DNA of 64,000 nt from Christensenellales bacterium (GCA_050948665.1 JBMNEH010000001.1:1891079-1955078), one strand, 5' to 3'; positions 19,710 to 30,834 are shown, counted from the stretch's first letter. Notes: generated by a model not told the origin, from the sequence alone. Program-made: numbers and translations.

Positions 19710-20332
19710 TCAGCCTTCTCCAGGGCCCTGCGAATGTCGTTAAAAACCTCATCCACGGAATTCGAGCCATCAACCTTTGCTAGTATGCCTTTTCTGGCAT
19801 AATAATCAATCAGAGGCTGGGTTTTCTCATGATACACCACCAGGCGGCTGGCTACTGTTTCCGGCGCGTCGTCCACCCTGCGAATCAACTTTACACCGCA
19901 CTTCTCACATACTTCCTCTTTTAGGGTGGAAATATGGTAGGTGGCCTGACAGGAGGGGCAGGTTCTGCGGCCGGCCATACGGGATATGATCTCCTCGTCG
20001 GCCAGATCCACTAAAACCGCTTTTGTAATACCCGCAAAGGAAGCAAGGGCTTCAGCCTGTGCTACGGTACGGGGGAAACCATCCAGGATATATCCCTTCT
20101 TGCAGTCATCCTCAGCAAGACGTTCCTTTACGATGCTGATCACCAGATCATCCGGCACAAGCTTTCCAGCATCCATCAAGCTCTTGGCAGCCAAGCCCAG
20201 AGGCGTACCTTGTGCAATAGCTGTACGAAGCATGTCCCCAGTGGAAACATGGGGGATGTCCCATGCAGCGCTCACCCGCGCGGCCTGTGTTCCCTTTCCC
20301 GCTCCGGGCGGGCCTAAGAAAATAAGATTCAT
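19706..20332 (-). CDS. adk: Adenylate kinase
   Basis: GPPGAGKGTQA, STGDMLR, LDGFPRT, zinc LID CPSC/CEKC. Confidence 0.98.
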   Translation of the reverse strand: MNLIFLGPPGAGKGTQAARVSAAWDIPHVSTGDMLRTAIAQGTPLGLAAKSLMDAGKLVPDDLVISIVKERLAEDDCKKGYILDGFPRTVAQAEALASFAGITKAVLVDLADEEIISRMAGRRTCPSCQATYHISTLKEEVCEKCGVKLIRRVDDAPETVASRLVVYHEKTQPLIDYYARKGILAKVDGSNSVDEVFNDIRRALEKAE

Positions 20333-20341
20333 GAATACTCC

Positions 20342-21616
20342 TTACCTCAAAAAACCTTTGTAGTGCCGCATCAAAAGCTGCGATTCCAACGTCTTTGTGG
20401 TTTCCAACGCCACACTGACCATGATCAGCATCGATGTGGCGGCAAAGCCGCTGATACCGATCGCGGAATAAACCAGAGTGGGAAGAAGCGCCAAAATAGC
20501 CAGGAAGAGCGCGCTGAACAGGGTAATGCGACTGCTCACTCTCCCTAAATACTGACTGGTTTGAATTCCCGGACGAATACCGGGTATAAACCCGCCGTTC
20601 TGCTGAAGATTCTTGGAAATCTCAATCGGATTGAAAGCAATCGTAGAGTAGAAGTATGCAAAGAACAAAATCAGTATGGATAACGCCAATGCATACCATG
20701 GGCCGGTAAAACTCATAAATTTGTTATACGCCTCGGCGCCCTTGGGCCATACTAGGGAAAGAATGATGGCAGGGAACTGAAGCATGGTACTGGCGAAGAT
20801 CAGGGGCATCACGCCGGAGTTGTTCACCTTCATTGGAATATGCGTTGCCTGGCCGCCATACATTTTCCGGCCGACGACCCTCTTGGCGTACTGAATGGGT
20901 ATCCTGCGTTCCGCTCTGTCCACGAAGACAATGCCTACCAAAATAAGCGTGACGCCGATGACAATGACGGGGAGCCACCATCCGGAGACGGAGCCGCTTG
21001 AAATGCTCTTTCCGATGTCAATAATAGTGCTGGGAACGCGGGAAACAATATTAATAAAAATCAATAGGGAAATCCCGTTGCCGATACCCTTCTCGGTAAT
21101 ACCGTCTCCGATCCATATGCAGAAAGCCGAACCGGACATGGCGACGAGGGCGACGAAGACGTAATTATACCAAACGGGATTGATCAGCAATGTCTGCCCG
21201 TCCCCGCTGGAAGTAGAGCCATAGGTAAGCGCCAGTCCCAAGGAGGTTACAAATCCCATTGCCACGCCCACAATGCGAGTAATCCTATTTATCTTCTGCT
21301 TACCGGCCTCTCCGTCCTTGCTGATTTCTTCTAGCTTGGGAATTGCAATGGTCAGCAGCTGAATCACAATGCTGGCAGTAATGTAAGGAGATATGCCCGC
21401 GGCGAACCAGGTAAAGTTACCCAGCGCGCCGCCATTAAAGAGGTCCAGCATCTGGAGCAAACCGTTGCTCGCCACAATGCTGGCGATAACACCGATGTTT
21501 ACTCCGGGAATCGGGACAAAAGATCCGATTCGGAAAACCAAAATCATCAGCAAGGTATACAATATCTTCTTACGGAGATCCGGGATTTTCCACGCATTAC
21601 GAATGACCTCAATCAT
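20342..21616 (-). CDS. secY: Preprotein translocase SecY
   Basis: RIGSFVPIPG, ITEKGIGNGISLLIF, GGFIPGIRPG. Confidence 0.98.
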   Translation of the reverse strand: MIEVIRNAWKIPDLRKKILYTLLMILVFRIGSFVPIPGVNIGVIASIVASNGLLQMLDLFNGGALGNFTWFAAGISPYITASIVIQLLTIAIPKLEEISKDGEAGKQKINRITRIVGVAMGFVTSLGLALTYGSTSSGDGQTLLINPVWYNYVFVALVAMSGSAFCIWIGDGITEKGIGNGISLLIFINIVSRVPSTIIDIGKSISSGSVSGWWLPVIVIGVTLILVGIVFVDRAERRIPIQYAKRVVGRKMYGGQATHIPMKVNNSGVMPLIFASTMLQFPAIILSLVWPKGAEAYNKFMSFTGPWYALALSILILFFAYFYSTIAFNPIEISKNLQQNGGFIPGIRPGIQTSQYLGRVSSRITLFSALFLAILALLPTLVYSAIGISGFAATSMLIMVSVALETTKTLESQLLMRHYKGFLR

Positions 21617-21618
21617 AA

Positions 21619-22059
21619 TTACAACACCTCAATACTGCCCTTAGCTGCTTCGATCTTCTCCTTGGCAGTATCGGAGAATTTCGCAGCCTGCACAATCAAC
21701 GGACGGTTGATCTCGCCATTACCAAGAATCTTCACGCCGGCCTTAACCTTTTTCACCAGTCCGGTAGCAAGCAAAAGGGCGGGGGTTACAGTCGTACCAG
21801 CCTCAAAGCGGTTCAAATCACCCACGTTGACGCAGGCGTACTCGGTACGGAAGCGATTGGTGAATCCACGCTTGGGTATGCGGAGGTACAAGGGCATCTG
21901 ACCGCCTTCGAAGCCGGGACGTGTCCCGCCTCCGCTGCGTGCTTTCTGCCCCTTATGGCCCTTACCGGAGGTCTTTCCCAAACCGGAGCCGATTCCACGA
22001 CCCAGTCGGCGGCCAAGGGTTACGGCGCCGGGGGCGGGAGCGATTTCATGGATTTTCAT
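21619..22059 (-). CDS. rplO: 50S ribosomal protein L15
   Basis: [32 protein letters not shown]. Confidence 0.98.
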   Translation of the reverse strand: MKIHEIAPAPGAVTLGRRLGRGIGSGLGKTSGKGHKGQKARSGGGTRPGFEGGQMPLYLRIPKRGFTNRFRTEYACVNVGDLNRFEAGTTVTPALLLATGLVKKVKAGVKILGNGEINRPLIVQAAKFSDTAKEKIEAAKGSIEVL

Positions 22060-22262
22060 GCGTTTTCTCCTTCCTCCGCAGAAATCTCTTCCACGCTGAG
22101 CAAATGCTTTACGCGAAAAATCATCCCACGGATGCTGGGGTTATCATCATGAATCACAACTTGGCCGCGTTTGGTAAAGCCCAGCGCACGCACGGTGTCC
22201 CGCTGCAGCTTCGTGCCGCGAATCGTGCTTCCTGCCAAGGTGATGCGCAATTTGTTCGCCAT
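22056..22262 (-). CDS. rpmD: 50S ribosomal protein L30
   Basis: LRITLAGS...TVRALGF...[12 protein letters not shown]; start ATG 22262. Confidence 0.93.
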   Translation of the reverse strand: MANKLRITLAGSTIRGTKLQRDTVRALGFTKRGQVVIHDDNPSIRGMIFRVKHLLSVEEISAEEGENA

Positions 22263-22272
22263 TTTCTGTCTC

Positions 22273-22791
22273 CTATTCGCCAAGGATTTCCTGGACGGTC
22301 TTGCCACGTGCCCGGGCTACCTGCTCCGCAGTACGGAGGGATTTCAAGCCTTCCAACGTTGCCTTTACGGTATTGGTTGCATTATTGCTGCCATATACCT
22401 TTGTGCGGACATCCGAGATGCCGGCCATCTCCAAAACCGCACGGACGGAGGAACCGGAAATAACACCGGTACCTTCTTCAGCGGGAAGCAAAAGCACGGA
22501 GCCCTTACCGAATTTACCAATCACCTTGTGGGGAATCGTGGTACCATCCCGGGAAACGGTGATCATATTCCGCTTAGCAGCTTCCACACCCTTGCGAATT
22601 GCTTCAGGTATCTCGGAGGCTTTTCCGCTTCCGACGCCTACGCGGCCCTTGCCGTCACCGACTACCATCAGCGCGCTGAAGCGGTAGTTGCGGCCTCCCT
22701 TAACGGTTTTGGCAACACGGTTTACAGCTACAAGGCGTTCGGTGAATTCACTCTGCTCTTCTCTATTCTGTCTGTATGAACGCTGTTCCAT
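22273..22791 (-). CDS. rpsE: 30S ribosomal protein S5
   Basis: [26 protein letters not shown]. Confidence 0.98.
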   Translation of the reverse strand: MEQRSYRQNREEQSEFTERLVAVNRVAKTVKGGRNYRFSALMVVGDGKGRVGVGSGKASEIPEAIRKGVEAAKRNMITVSRDGTTIPHKVIGKFGKGSVLLLPAEEGTGVISGSSVRAVLEMAGISDVRTKVYGSNNATNTVKATLEGLKSLRTAEQVARARGKTVQEILGE

Positions 22792-22806
22792 AAGATCCTC
22801 CTCACC

Positions 22807-23175
22807 TTAGAACTCGAGACCGCCCTCCCGGGCACCCTCTGCAACCGCTGCAACGCGGCCAGTATAGATATAGCCACCGCGGTCGAATACCACGGTCTTG
22901 ATGCCGTTTGCCTGGGCGCGCTGTGCAACCAGCTTGCCAACCTCCTTGGCAGCGGCAACTTTATTGAGCGAATCCGCCTGTTCCTTCATGCCGGCTTCCA
23001 TGGTAGAGGCACTGACCAAGGTGTTGCCGGCGGTGTCGTCAATCACTTGGGCATATATATGGTTCAAAGAACGGTAGACATTTAGCCTTGGGCAGTCGGG
23101 AGTACCCTTTACCTTCTTGCGCACCCGGTTGTGACGAGCCTTACGCAGCGTATTCTTATCTTCTTTGCGAATCAC
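22807..23175 (-). CDS. rplR: 50S ribosomal protein L18
   Basis: [32 protein letters not shown]. Confidence 0.98.
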   Translation of the reverse strand: MIRKEDKNTLRKARHNRVRKKVKGTPDCPRLNVYRSLNHIYAQVIDDTAGNTLVSASTMEAGMKEQADSLNKVAAAKEVGKLVAQRAQANGIKTVVFDRGGYIYTGRVAAVAEGAREGGLEF

Positions 23176-23195
23176 GGGTTTTCTCCTTTCACTGC

Positions 23196-23741
23196 TTATT
23201 TGGCAGCCTTGCCGGCCTTGCGGCGTACTATTTCATCCGCGTAACGGATGCCCTTGCCCAGGTAGGGTTCAGGGGGACGAACCTTGCGAACATTAGCGGC
23301 GATTTCACCAACCATTTGCTTGTCAATTCCCTTAATGATAATGGTGTTCACCGCGGGGGTTTCGAACTCGATTCCCTGGGGGGGATCAAACTCCACAGGG
23401 TGCGAGAAACCGATGTTCAGAACCAACTTCCTGCCCTGCACCTGGGCACGGTATCCGGTGCCGACGATGGTCAGAGTCTTGGTGAATCCGGCGCTCACAC
23501 CGATTACCATGTTGTTTACCAGCACGCGATACAGACCGTAACGCGCATTGGCATTTCTATCAGTCTCCGCGTTGGAACAGGTCACGTAAAGGGTTCCCTC
23601 TTCCTGCTTGAAGGCGATATCGGGGGATACCTGCTGCTCCAGAGTGCCCTTAGGGCCCTTTACTGTCACCTTATTATTTTCATCCACGGTGACTGTCACG
23701 CCGGCGGGTAAAACAACCGGCAATTTTCCAATTCGAGACAT
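23196..23741 (-). CDS. rplF: 50S ribosomal protein L6
   Basis: [27 protein letters not shown]. Confidence 0.98.
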   Translation of the reverse strand: MSRIGKLPVVLPAGVTVTVDENNKVTVKGPKGTLEQQVSPDIAFKQEEGTLYVTCSNAETDRNANARYGLYRVLVNNMVIGVSAGFTKTLTIVGTGYRAQVQGRKLVLNIGFSHPVEFDPPQGIEFETPAVNTIIIKGIDKQMVGEIAANVRKVRPPEPYLGKGIRYADEIVRRKAGKAAK

Positions 23742-23768
23742 GTCATACCTCCGTTTTTCTTCGCCGGA

Positions 23769-24167
23769 TTACCATATGTAGGCCAGCACTTCGCCACCTA
23801 CACCGTTGGTACGAGCCTGCTTGTCCGTCATCACACCTTTGGAGGTGGAAATGATCGCAATGCCCAAGCCGCCCAGCACCTTGGGAATCTGGTCATTTTT
23901 GGCATACACGCGAAGGCCCGGACGGCTGACACGCTTCAATCCTTGGATAACCTTCACGCCGTTCGCATCATACTTAAGAGACACGCGAATTTTGTTCTGC
24001 TTATCATCGGTGATGACACGGTAATCTTTGATATAGCCTTCGTCAAGCAAAATCTTGGCGATAGACTTCTTCATATTGGATGCGGGAATCTCAACCACAT
24101 CATGACGCGCAACCAGGGCATTACGGATGCGGGTGAGCATATCGGCAATAGGATCGATAATATACAT
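23769..24167 (-). CDS. rpsH: 30S ribosomal protein S8
   Basis: [30 protein letters not shown]; start ATG 24167. Confidence 0.98.
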   Translation of the reverse strand: MYIIDPIADMLTRIRNALVARHDVVEIPASNMKKSIAKILLDEGYIKDYRVITDDKQNKIRVSLKYDANGVKVIQGLKRVSRPGLRVYAKNDQIPKVLGGLGIAIISTSKGVMTDKQARTNGVGGEVLAYIW

Positions 24168-24184
24168 TCTGCTAACCTCCTCCG

Positions 24185-24370
24185 TTACCAACTGGCCTTG
24201 CGAACACCGGGAATCTGGCCGTTATGCGCCAGGTTCCGAAAGCAAATGCGGCATACGCCATACTTGCGAAGTACAGAACGCGGTCTTCCACAAATACGGC
24301 AACGGGTATAAGCCCGTGTCGAGTACTTAGCTGGACGCTGTTGCTTGACAATTAAGCTTTTCTTAGCCAC
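24185..24370 (-). CDS. rpsZ: 30S ribosomal protein S14 type Z (Zn-binding)
   Basis: [23 protein letters not shown], 61 aa. Confidence 0.98.
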   Translation of the reverse strand: MAKKSLIVKQQRPAKYSTRAYTRCRICGRPRSVLRKYGVCRICFRNLAHNGQIPGVRKASW

Positions 24371-24385
24371 TTTGGTTAACCTCCG

Positions 24386-24931
24386 TTAATTGTTCTGGGC
24401 GAAAGGCATACCCATGAGCTTTAACAACTCGAAGGCTTCTTCGTCCGTCTTCGCCGTGGTCACGAAAATAATATCCATGCCGCGTATTTTTTCTACATCC
24501 GAGTAGTTGATTTCGGGATAAATCAACTGCTCCTTCACTCCCATAGCATAATTACCGCGGCCGTCAAAGGACTTGGTGGGAAGGCCCCGGAAGTCCCTTA
24601 CCCGAGGGAGCGCGATGGACATAAGCTTGTCCATATACTCATACATCCGGTCGCCGCGAAGGGTTACTTTGCAGCCGACTTTCATTCCCTGGCGAAGCCT
24701 GAAGTTTGCGACGGACCTCTTGGCAGTGGTCGTAACCGCCTTCTGTCCGGCAATCTTTGTCATTTCATTGACTGCCTGCTCAAGGGCGCGGGCGTTTTCA
24801 CGGGCGTCTCCGACACCCGCATTCAGCACGATCTTCTCCAACTTGGGCACCTGATTGACATTCTTGTAACCAAAGTGCTGGATCAGAGCGGGGATCACTT
24901 CATCCTTGTACTTGTCTTTTAATCTGGGCAC
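24386..24931 (-). CDS. rplE: 50S ribosomal protein L5
   Basis: [34 protein letters not shown]. Confidence 0.98.
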   Translation of the reverse strand: MPRLKDKYKDEVIPALIQHFGYKNVNQVPKLEKIVLNAGVGDARENARALEQAVNEMTKIAGQKAVTTTAKRSVANFRLRQGMKVGCKVTLRGDRMYEYMDKLMSIALPRVRDFRGLPTKSFDGRGNYAMGVKEQLIYPEINYSDVEKIRGMDIIFVTTAKTDEEAFELLKLMGMPFAQNN

Positions 24932-25022
24932 GTTAGGCCTCCTTCAAAGTTTGGGTCGTAGAACCCTGTTCGCCTTGCCATCGGTGTGCATCCGATACAA
25001 GGCCCTCCGGGATCAGCGAAAA

Positions 25023-25346
25023 TCAGAAGGTTTCGCCACAGTGTTTGCACACACGGAACTTGACACCGTCATCGCTGATTTTTTTGGCGGGACGGGTGGG
25101 TTTATCGCAATGGGGACATACCGTCATCACTTTGCAGGCATAAATAGGGGCAGCCTGTTCGATCCGTCCGCCGGGCTGCTGTGCGCTCCGGGGCTTCACG
25201 TGCTTTGTGATAATATTGACGCCTTCCACAATGATTTTGCCCAACGCAGGCTTTGCGCTGAGAACCTTGCCGCGCTTACCGGCATCCTTGCCGGACAGCA
25301 CCACAACGGTATCGTTCTTCTTTACATGCAGCTTCTTCACAGTCAC
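25023..25346 (-). CDS. rplX: 50S ribosomal protein L24
   Basis: KKNDTVVVLSGKDAGKRG, VEGVNIITKHVKP. Confidence 0.98.
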   Translation of the reverse strand: MTVKKLHVKKNDTVVVLSGKDAGKRGKVLSAKPALGKIIVEGVNIITKHVKPRSAQQPGGRIEQAAPIYACKVMTVCPHCDKPTRPAKKISDDGVKFRVCKHCGETF

Positions 25347-25351
25347 ACCTC

Positions 25352-25720
25352 CTACAGGACTTCGGGCGCCAGGGAAATGATCTTCATGTAGTTGGCTTCA
25401 CGCAGTTCCCGCGCCACGGGCCCAAAGATACGGGTGCCGCGAGGCTGCTTCTGGTTATCAATAATCACGGCGGCATTGTCATCGAAACGGATATAAGTGC
25501 CGTCGGGACGACGGGTACTCTTATGAGTGCGGACGATAACTGCCCTGACCACTTCGCCCTTCTTTACTACACCGCCGGGGGAAGCGCTCTTGACCGACGC
25601 CACAACGACGTCACCGATTCTTGCATACCTGCGTAAGGAACCGCCCAACATGCGGATGCACATGATTTCCTTCGCGCCGGTGTTATCAGCTACCTTTAAA
25701 AGGGTTTGAGGCTGAACCAT
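25352..25720 (-). CDS. rplN: 50S ribosomal protein L14
   Basis: [28 protein letters not shown]. Confidence 0.98.
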   Translation of the reverse strand: MVQPQTLLKVADNTGAKEIMCIRMLGGSLRRYARIGDVVVASVKSASPGGVVKKGEVVRAVIVRTHKSTRRPDGTYIRFDDNAAVIIDNQKQPRGTRIFGPVARELREANYMKIISLAPEVL

Positions 25721-25731
25721 GTTATTCCTCC

Positions 25732-25992
25732 TTACTTTGCTTTCTCAATAATTTCCACAAGACGCCAACGGACGGTCTTGGACAGGGGACGGGTTTCCAT
25801 TACGCGGACCCGATCGCCGATACCGCATTCGTTCTTCTCGTCATGCACCTTTAAACGCTTGGTAAGATTTAGGGTTTTTCCGTAAACGGGATGCTTCACA
25901 CGATTACGAACCTCCACAACACGGGTTTTCTCCATCTTGTCGCTTACCACGATACCTACGCGGGTCTTCCGCAGATTACGCTCTTCAGACAC
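25732..25992 (-). CDS. rpsQ: 30S ribosomal protein S17
   Basis: [24 protein letters not shown]. Confidence 0.98.
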   Translation of the reverse strand: MSEERNLRKTRVGIVVSDKMEKTRVVEVRNRVKHPVYGKTLNLTKRLKVHDEKNECGIGDRVRVMETRPLSKTVRWRLVEIIEKAK

Positions 25993-26010
25993 GGTTGTTC
26001 CTCCTTCCCC

Positions 26011-26211
26011 TTACTGTGCAGACTTGAGCTCACGCTCACGTAAAATGCACTTAATCCGGGCGATATCACGCCGGCACTCACGGATTACCAGGGGATTATT
26101 CAGCCCGCCGGTGGCCTGCTGGAAGCGAAGGTTAAACAATTCCTCCTTCAGTTCATCCAACTTGAGGGTCAACTCCTGAGTCGTTGACTCACGCAGCTTT
26201 GTTGCCTTCAT
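26011..26211 (-). CDS. rpmC: 50S ribosomal protein L29
   Basis: [22 protein letters not shown]. Confidence 0.97.
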   Translation of the reverse strand: MKATKLRESTTQELTLKLDELKEELFNLRFQQATGGLNNPLVIRECRRDIARIKCILRERELKSAQ

Positions 26212-26645
26212 TATGCGTCACCACCCACTTCCTGGTCTTTGTTCGCCTTGACAATACGGGTTTTCAAGGGGAGCTTATAAGAAGCCAGGCGAAGGGCCTC
26301 GTACGCATCCTCCTCTGCTACGCCAGCGATCTCAAACATGATACGGCCGGGCTTTACAACGGCAACCCAGTACTCGGGAGAACCCTTGCCGGAACCCATT
26401 CGGGTCTCAGCCGGCTTCTTGGATACGGATTTATGCGGGAAAATCTTGATCCAGACCTTGCCGCCGCGTCTGATGTACCGGGTCATGGCGATACGGGCTG
26501 CCTCGATCTGGTTACTGGTTACCCATGCGGGCGACAAGGCCTCCAAGCCATATTCGCCGTTGGAGACGAAATTGCCGGAATGCGCTCTGCCCTTCATACG
26601 GCCGCGCATTTGCTTGCGGTACTTGACTCTCTTGGGCATTAACAT
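26211..26645 (-). CDS. rplP: 50S ribosomal protein L16
   Basis: [32 protein letters not shown]. Confidence 0.98.
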   Translation of the reverse strand: MLMPKRVKYRKQMRGRMKGRAHSGNFVSNGEYGLEALSPAWVTSNQIEAARIAMTRYIRRGGKVWIKIFPHKSVSKKPAETRMGSGKGSPEYWVAVVKPGRIMFEIAGVAEEDAYEALRLASYKLPLKTRIVKANKDQEVGGDA

Positions 26646-27406
26646 TAGCGTCTTCCTCCTTCCGTATTGGATCGGCGGGCGGGGCGTTGTCGGCGATCAC
26701 GGGCGGGACGACGTTCGGGGCGGGGATCGTTACGCTGCACGGGTGCTTCGGAGCGCATCTGTGCGCGGAAAGTCTTGGGCATGATCTCGCCCTTGTAGAT
26801 CCAAACCTTGCAGCCCAAACGGCCGTAGGTGGTACGGGCTTCCGCAAAGCCGTAGTCGATATCGGCACGAAGCGTCTGCAGAGGGATAGAACCTTCATGA
26901 TAGCTTTCGGTCCGGGCAATCTCCGCGCCGCCGATACGGCCGGAAACAATGCACTTGATGCCCTTCGCACCGGACCTCATCGCCCGCATGATGGATTGCT
27001 TAACGGCACGGCGGAAAGAAATCCGCCGCTCCAGCTGCGCGGCAATGGACTCCGCAACGAGTTGCGCGTCCGCATCAGGCGTTCGTACCTCATAGATATT
27101 CAGAGTGATCTGCAGCTTGAAGCGCGCCTGGAGATCCTTCTTGATTTCCTCGATCCCAACGCCGCCTCTGCCGATAATAATGCCGGGCTTGCCTGCGGTA
27201 ATATTGATCGTAGCCTTTTCAGGCTCGCGGCGCTCGATCTCAATACGAGAAATCCCCGCGTCATACAATTTCTTCTTCAGGTAGATCCGGATTTTGTTAT
27301 CCTGCATCAGGTAATCGGCAAAAACCTTCTTCCCGGCGAACCAACGGGCATCCCAATCCTTAATGATGCCAACACGTGCGCCATGCGGGTGAACTTTCTG
27401 ACCCAT
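26645..27406 (-). CDS. rpsC: 30S ribosomal protein S3
   Basis: [39 protein letters not shown]. Confidence 0.98.
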   Translation of the reverse strand: MGQKVHPHGARVGIIKDWDARWFAGKKVFADYLMQDNKIRIYLKKKLYDAGISRIEIERREPEKATINITAGKPGIIIGRGGVGIEEIKKDLQARFKLQITLNIYEVRTPDADAQLVAESIAAQLERRISFRRAVKQSIMRAMRSGAKGIKCIVSGRIGGAEIARTESYHEGSIPLQTLRADIDYGFAEARTTYGRLGCKVWIYKGEIMPKTFRAQMRSEAPVQRNDPRPERRPARDRRQRPARRSNTEGGRR

Positions 27407-27419
27407 TCCTTATTCCTCC

Positions 27420-27809
27420 TTACTTAGTCGCGGTATCCAGCACAACGGTGATATGGCTGGTACGGTGGAGATAGGGGTGCACCATGGAGCGGGATACGAT
27501 CCGCATGCGCTTCATCTGCGGGCCCTGATTGGCATAAGCCTCGGCCACATACAGGCTGTCGCGGTCCAATTCCAGGTTGTTCTCCGCATTGGCAATTGCG
27601 GAATTCAGCACCTTTTCCACGATGGGAGAAGCAGCTTTTGGCGTAAACTTTAAAATCGCCAACGCCTCGTCAACCTGCTTGCCGCGGATCAGATCCAGTA
27701 CGATACCCACCTTGCGGGAAGAAATTCGCATATACTTTGCGGTGGCTTTGGCCCGCTTGTCGGCGTTCTGCTGGCGAGCGGCGGACTTCTCTCTTATTCT
27801 GGTAGCCAT
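27420..27809 (-). CDS. rplV: 50S ribosomal protein L22 with divergent tunnel hairpin
   Basis: [39 protein letters not shown]; operon position. Confidence 0.97.
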   Translation of the reverse strand: MATRIREKSAARQQNADKRAKATAKYMRISSRKVGIVLDLIRGKQVDEALAILKFTPKAASPIVEKVLNSAIANAENNLELDRDSLYVAEAYANQGPQMKRMRIVSRSMVHPYLHRTSHITVVLDTATK

Positions 27810-27819
27810 CTAATCCTCC

Positions 27820-28095
27820 TTAACCCCTGGTGGTTTTGCTTCCGGCGTGTCCGCGGAAAGTACGGGTGGGAGCAAATTCGCCCAGCTTATGGCCGACCAT
27901 ATCCTCTGTAATATAGACCGGGACATGCTTACGACCGTCATGTACGGCAATAGTGTGCCCTACAAAGTCCGGAAAAATGGTGGAAGAGCGAGACCAAGTC
28001 TTGAGAACCCTCTTCTCATTCTTCTTATTCATATCCTCTATTCGGGCCAGAAGGCGCTTTTCTACATAGGGTCCCTTCTTCAGTGAACGACTCAT
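27820..28095 (-). CDS. rpsS: 30S ribosomal protein S19
   Basis: [32 protein letters not shown]. Confidence 0.98.
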   Translation of the reverse strand: MSRSLKKGPYVEKRLLARIEDMNKKNEKRVLKTWSRSSTIFPDFVGHTIAVHDGRKHVPVYITEDMVGHKLGEFAPTRTFRGHAGSKTTRG

Positions 28096-28107
28096 ATCAA
28101 TGCCTCC

Positions 28108-28938
28108 TTACTTACCGGAGCGACGTTTAATAATATACTTATCGCTTTTGTTCTTGGGCTTCCGGGTCTTGCGGCCCAGTGTGGGCTTACCCCAGGGAGT
28201 CAATGGGCTGGGCATACCGATGGGACTCTTGCCCTCTCCTCCGCCATGGGGGTGATCCACGGGGTTCATGACCACACCGCGGACAGCCGGCCTCCAACCC
28301 ATGTGGCGTTTACGTCCCGCTTTACCCAATGATATATTGGAGTGATCCAGGTTACCGACCTGACCGATCGTTGCCTTGCTGCCGACCGGCACCATCCGCA
28401 CCTCACCGGAGGGAAGACGTAGCTGCGCAAATCCGCCCTCGCGGGCAAGCAGCTGGGCTGAGGTGCCAGCGGAACGGCACATCTGACCGCCTTTGCCGGG
28501 CACCATCTCCACATTATGTACCATTGTGCCCATAGGAATATTGGCTAGGGGCAGGCTGTTGCCCACCTTAATATCCGCGTCGGTACCGGACATAATGCTG
28601 TCCCCTACCTTCAGGCCCAAAGGCGCCAGAATGTAGCGCTTCTCGCCGTCCGCGTAGAACAGAAGGGCGATATTGGCGGAACGGTTGGGATCATACTCAA
28701 TGGTGGCAACCTTTGCAGGGATACCGTCCTTGTTGCGCTTAAAGTCAATAATACGGTAGGCGCGGCGGGCGCGGTTTCCGCGGTGACGAACGGTTATACG
28801 GCCGGAAACATTACGGCCAGCCTTACCGCGTAACTCAGTAGTCAGAGACTTTTCTGGAGTTTTTGCGGTAATCTCCTCAAAGCTGGAAACCGACATTGAC
28901 CTGCGCGCCGGGGAAGTAGGCTTATATTTCTTAATCAT
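28108..28938 (-). CDS. rplB: 50S ribosomal protein L2
   Basis: [29 protein letters not shown]. Confidence 0.98.
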   Translation of the reverse strand: MIKKYKPTSPARRSMSVSSFEEITAKTPEKSLTTELRGKAGRNVSGRITVRHRGNRARRAYRIIDFKRNKDGIPAKVATIEYDPNRSANIALLFYADGEKRYILAPLGLKVGDSIMSGTDADIKVGNSLPLANIPMGTMVHNVEMVPGKGGQMCRSAGTSAQLLAREGGFAQLRLPSGEVRMVPVGSKATIGQVGNLDHSNISLGKAGRKRHMGWRPAVRGVVMNPVDHPHGGGEGKSPIGMPSPLTPWGKPTLGRKTRKPKNKSDKYIIKRRSGK

Positions 28939-28953
28939 TCTTGCCTCCTACGC

Positions 28954-29247
28954 TTAAGACAGGGTGTCGAAGACCGCAATGGGCTTACTGTCGGGTGACA
29001 GCTTTACAATCGCGCGCTTGGTGGCGGAGGTATAACCCTCGCTGCGACCCATGCGCTTGGGCTTGCCTTTGCGGGTCTGGGTGCAAACTTGGATAACCTT
29101 CACCTTAAAAATCTTCTCCACGGCGGTTTTGATCTCGGTTTTATTGGCCTTGGGTGCCACTTCAAAGGTGTATTTGTGCTCGGCGGCATTTTCATAGCTC
29201 TTTTCGGTACGCACCGGGCGAAGAATTACATCATAGAGGTTTTTCAT
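28954..29247 (-). CDS. rplW: 50S ribosomal protein L23
   Basis: [33 protein letters not shown]. Confidence 0.97.
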   Translation of the reverse strand: MKNLYDVILRPVRTEKSYENAAEHKYTFEVAPKANKTEIKTAVEKIFKVKVIQVCTQTRKGKPKRMGRSEGYTSATKRAIVKLSPDSKPIAVFDTLS

Positions 29248-29867
29248 TCTGCATAGACCTCCTCAATGCGCGCTACGGCTTCCTTTGTGATAACACAGGT
29301 ATCGTGGTTCATCAGGTCATACACATTGATGGTGTTTACCACCGTTGTGTTAACACCGGGTATGTTGCGGGATGCCAGGATGACGTTGGTGTTGGGCTCA
29401 CTGGTCACGATCAGGGCCTTTTTCTCAGCCTTGAGAGCGTCCAGCGCCCGCACCATGTTCTTGGTTTTCGCTTCCATCTCCAGGGCATCTACCACGATGA
29501 ACTGCTGTTCCGCTACCTTGCTGGACAGCGCGCTGTACATCGCCAAACGGCGAACTTTCTTATTTACGGACTTCTTAAACAGGCGGGGTTTGGGCGCAAA
29601 GACAACACCGCCATGCCGCCACTGGGGAGCGCGTGTGGAGCCATGCCGGGCACGGCCCGTGCCCTTCTGACGCCATGGCTTTCTCCCACCGCCGGCAACT
29701 TCACTGCGGGTTAGGGTGGACTTGGTGCCTTGCCTCGCATTTGATAATTGTGCGATAATCACCTGGTGCATGGCGGATTCGTGAATTTCAGCGCCGAAAA
29801 TGTGATCGCTGAGTTCCAACTCCTCCACCTGCTCGCCCCGGATGTTATATACTGCAACCTTAGGCAT
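29244..29867 (-). CDS. rplD: 50S ribosomal protein L4
   Basis: [28 protein letters not shown]. Confidence 0.98.
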   Translation of the reverse strand: MPKVAVYNIRGEQVEELELSDHIFGAEIHESAMHQVIIAQLSNARQGTKSTLTRSEVAGGGRKPWRQKGTGRARHGSTRAPQWRHGGVVFAPKPRLFKKSVNKKVRRLAMYSALSSKVAEQQFIVVDALEMEAKTKNMVRALDALKAEKKALIVTSEPNTNVILASRNIPGVNTTVVNTINVYDLMNHDTCVITKEAVARIEEVYAE

Positions 29868-29883
29868 TTTATCTCCCTCCTTG

Positions 29884-30519
29884 TTACTGCTTCACCGCGT
29901 CACGGATGAAGACAAGCGAACCTTTTGCGCCGGGGATGGATCCCTTGATCAGAATCAGATTGCGCTGCGCATCCACACGCACGATCTTCAAGTTCTGTAC
30001 AGTAGCCTTCACCGCGCCGTACTGACCGGGCATACGCTTATTCTTAAACACACGGGATGGAGAACTGTTGGCGGAAAGAGCGCCCAAGCCGCGATGATAT
30101 TTAGAACCGTGCGTCATAGGGCCTCGATGCTGATTCCAGCGCTTGATAGTACCGGAGAAGCCGTGACCGCGGGTGATCCCGATGGCATCCACAAGGTCCC
30201 CATCAGCGAAAATATCCGCGGTAATTGAATCGCCCACATTATAAGAGGAGCAGTCCTCCAGCTTCAGCTCCCGAATATTGCGGCATACAACGGCGTCTGC
30301 CTTGCCAAACTGGCCCTTGTGCGGGTTATTGGCCAACTTCTCGCGGATCGGATCAAAGCCCACCCGCAGGGCATCATAGCCTTCCCGCTCGGTGGACAGT
30401 TTTTGCAGCACCACACAGGGGCCGGCCTCCACAACAGTCACGGGAATCACGATGCCGGTATCGGAGAAAATCTGTGTCATTCCGATTTTCTTACCGAGAA
30501 TCGCTTTTTTCATCATCAT
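29884..30519 (-). CDS. rplC: 50S ribosomal protein L3
   Basis: [26 protein letters not shown]; exact Met of MMMKK uncertain. Confidence 0.97.
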   Translation of the reverse strand: MMMKKAILGKKIGMTQIFSDTGIVIPVTVVEAGPCVVLQKLSTEREGYDALRVGFDPIREKLANNPHKGQFGKADAVVCRNIRELKLEDCSSYNVGDSITADIFADGDLVDAIGITRGHGFSGTIKRWNQHRGPMTHGSKYHRGLGALSANSSPSRVFKNKRMPGQYGAVKATVQNLKIVRVDAQRNLILIKGSIPGAKGSLVFIRDAVKQ

Positions 30520-30525
30520 CCCTCC

Positions 30526-30834
30526 TTACACCTTGATCTCGATATCCACACCGGCGGGCAACTCCAGGCGGACCAGCTGATCAAGTGTCTTTGGAGTAGG
30601 AGCCAGAATATCGATCAAGCGCTTGTGTGTGCGGCGCTCAAACTGTTCACGGCTGTCCTTGTGTTTGAAAGGAGAACGCAGTATCGTGATGATCTCCTTC
30701 TCCGTGGGCAGCGGTACAGGCCCTGATACCTGAGCGCCGCTGCGCTTAGCCGTATCCACAATACGCTCGGCGGATTTGTCGATCAGGTTATGATCGTACG
30801 CCTTGAGCTTGATACGGATTTTCTGTCTTGCCAT
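30526..30834 (-). CDS. rpsJ: 30S ribosomal protein S10
   Basis: [33 protein letters not shown]; start ATG 30834. Confidence 0.98.
   Translation of the reverse strand: MARQKIRIKLKAYDHNLIDKSAERIVDTAKRSGAQVSGPVPLPTEKEIITILRSPFKHKDSREQFERRTHKRLIDILAPTPKTLDQLVRLELPAGVDIEIKV

Noticed and set aside
23250-23270. uL6 PEPYLGKG instead of PEPYKGKG
   Set aside because: Single change at a position I recall as variable in Clostridia
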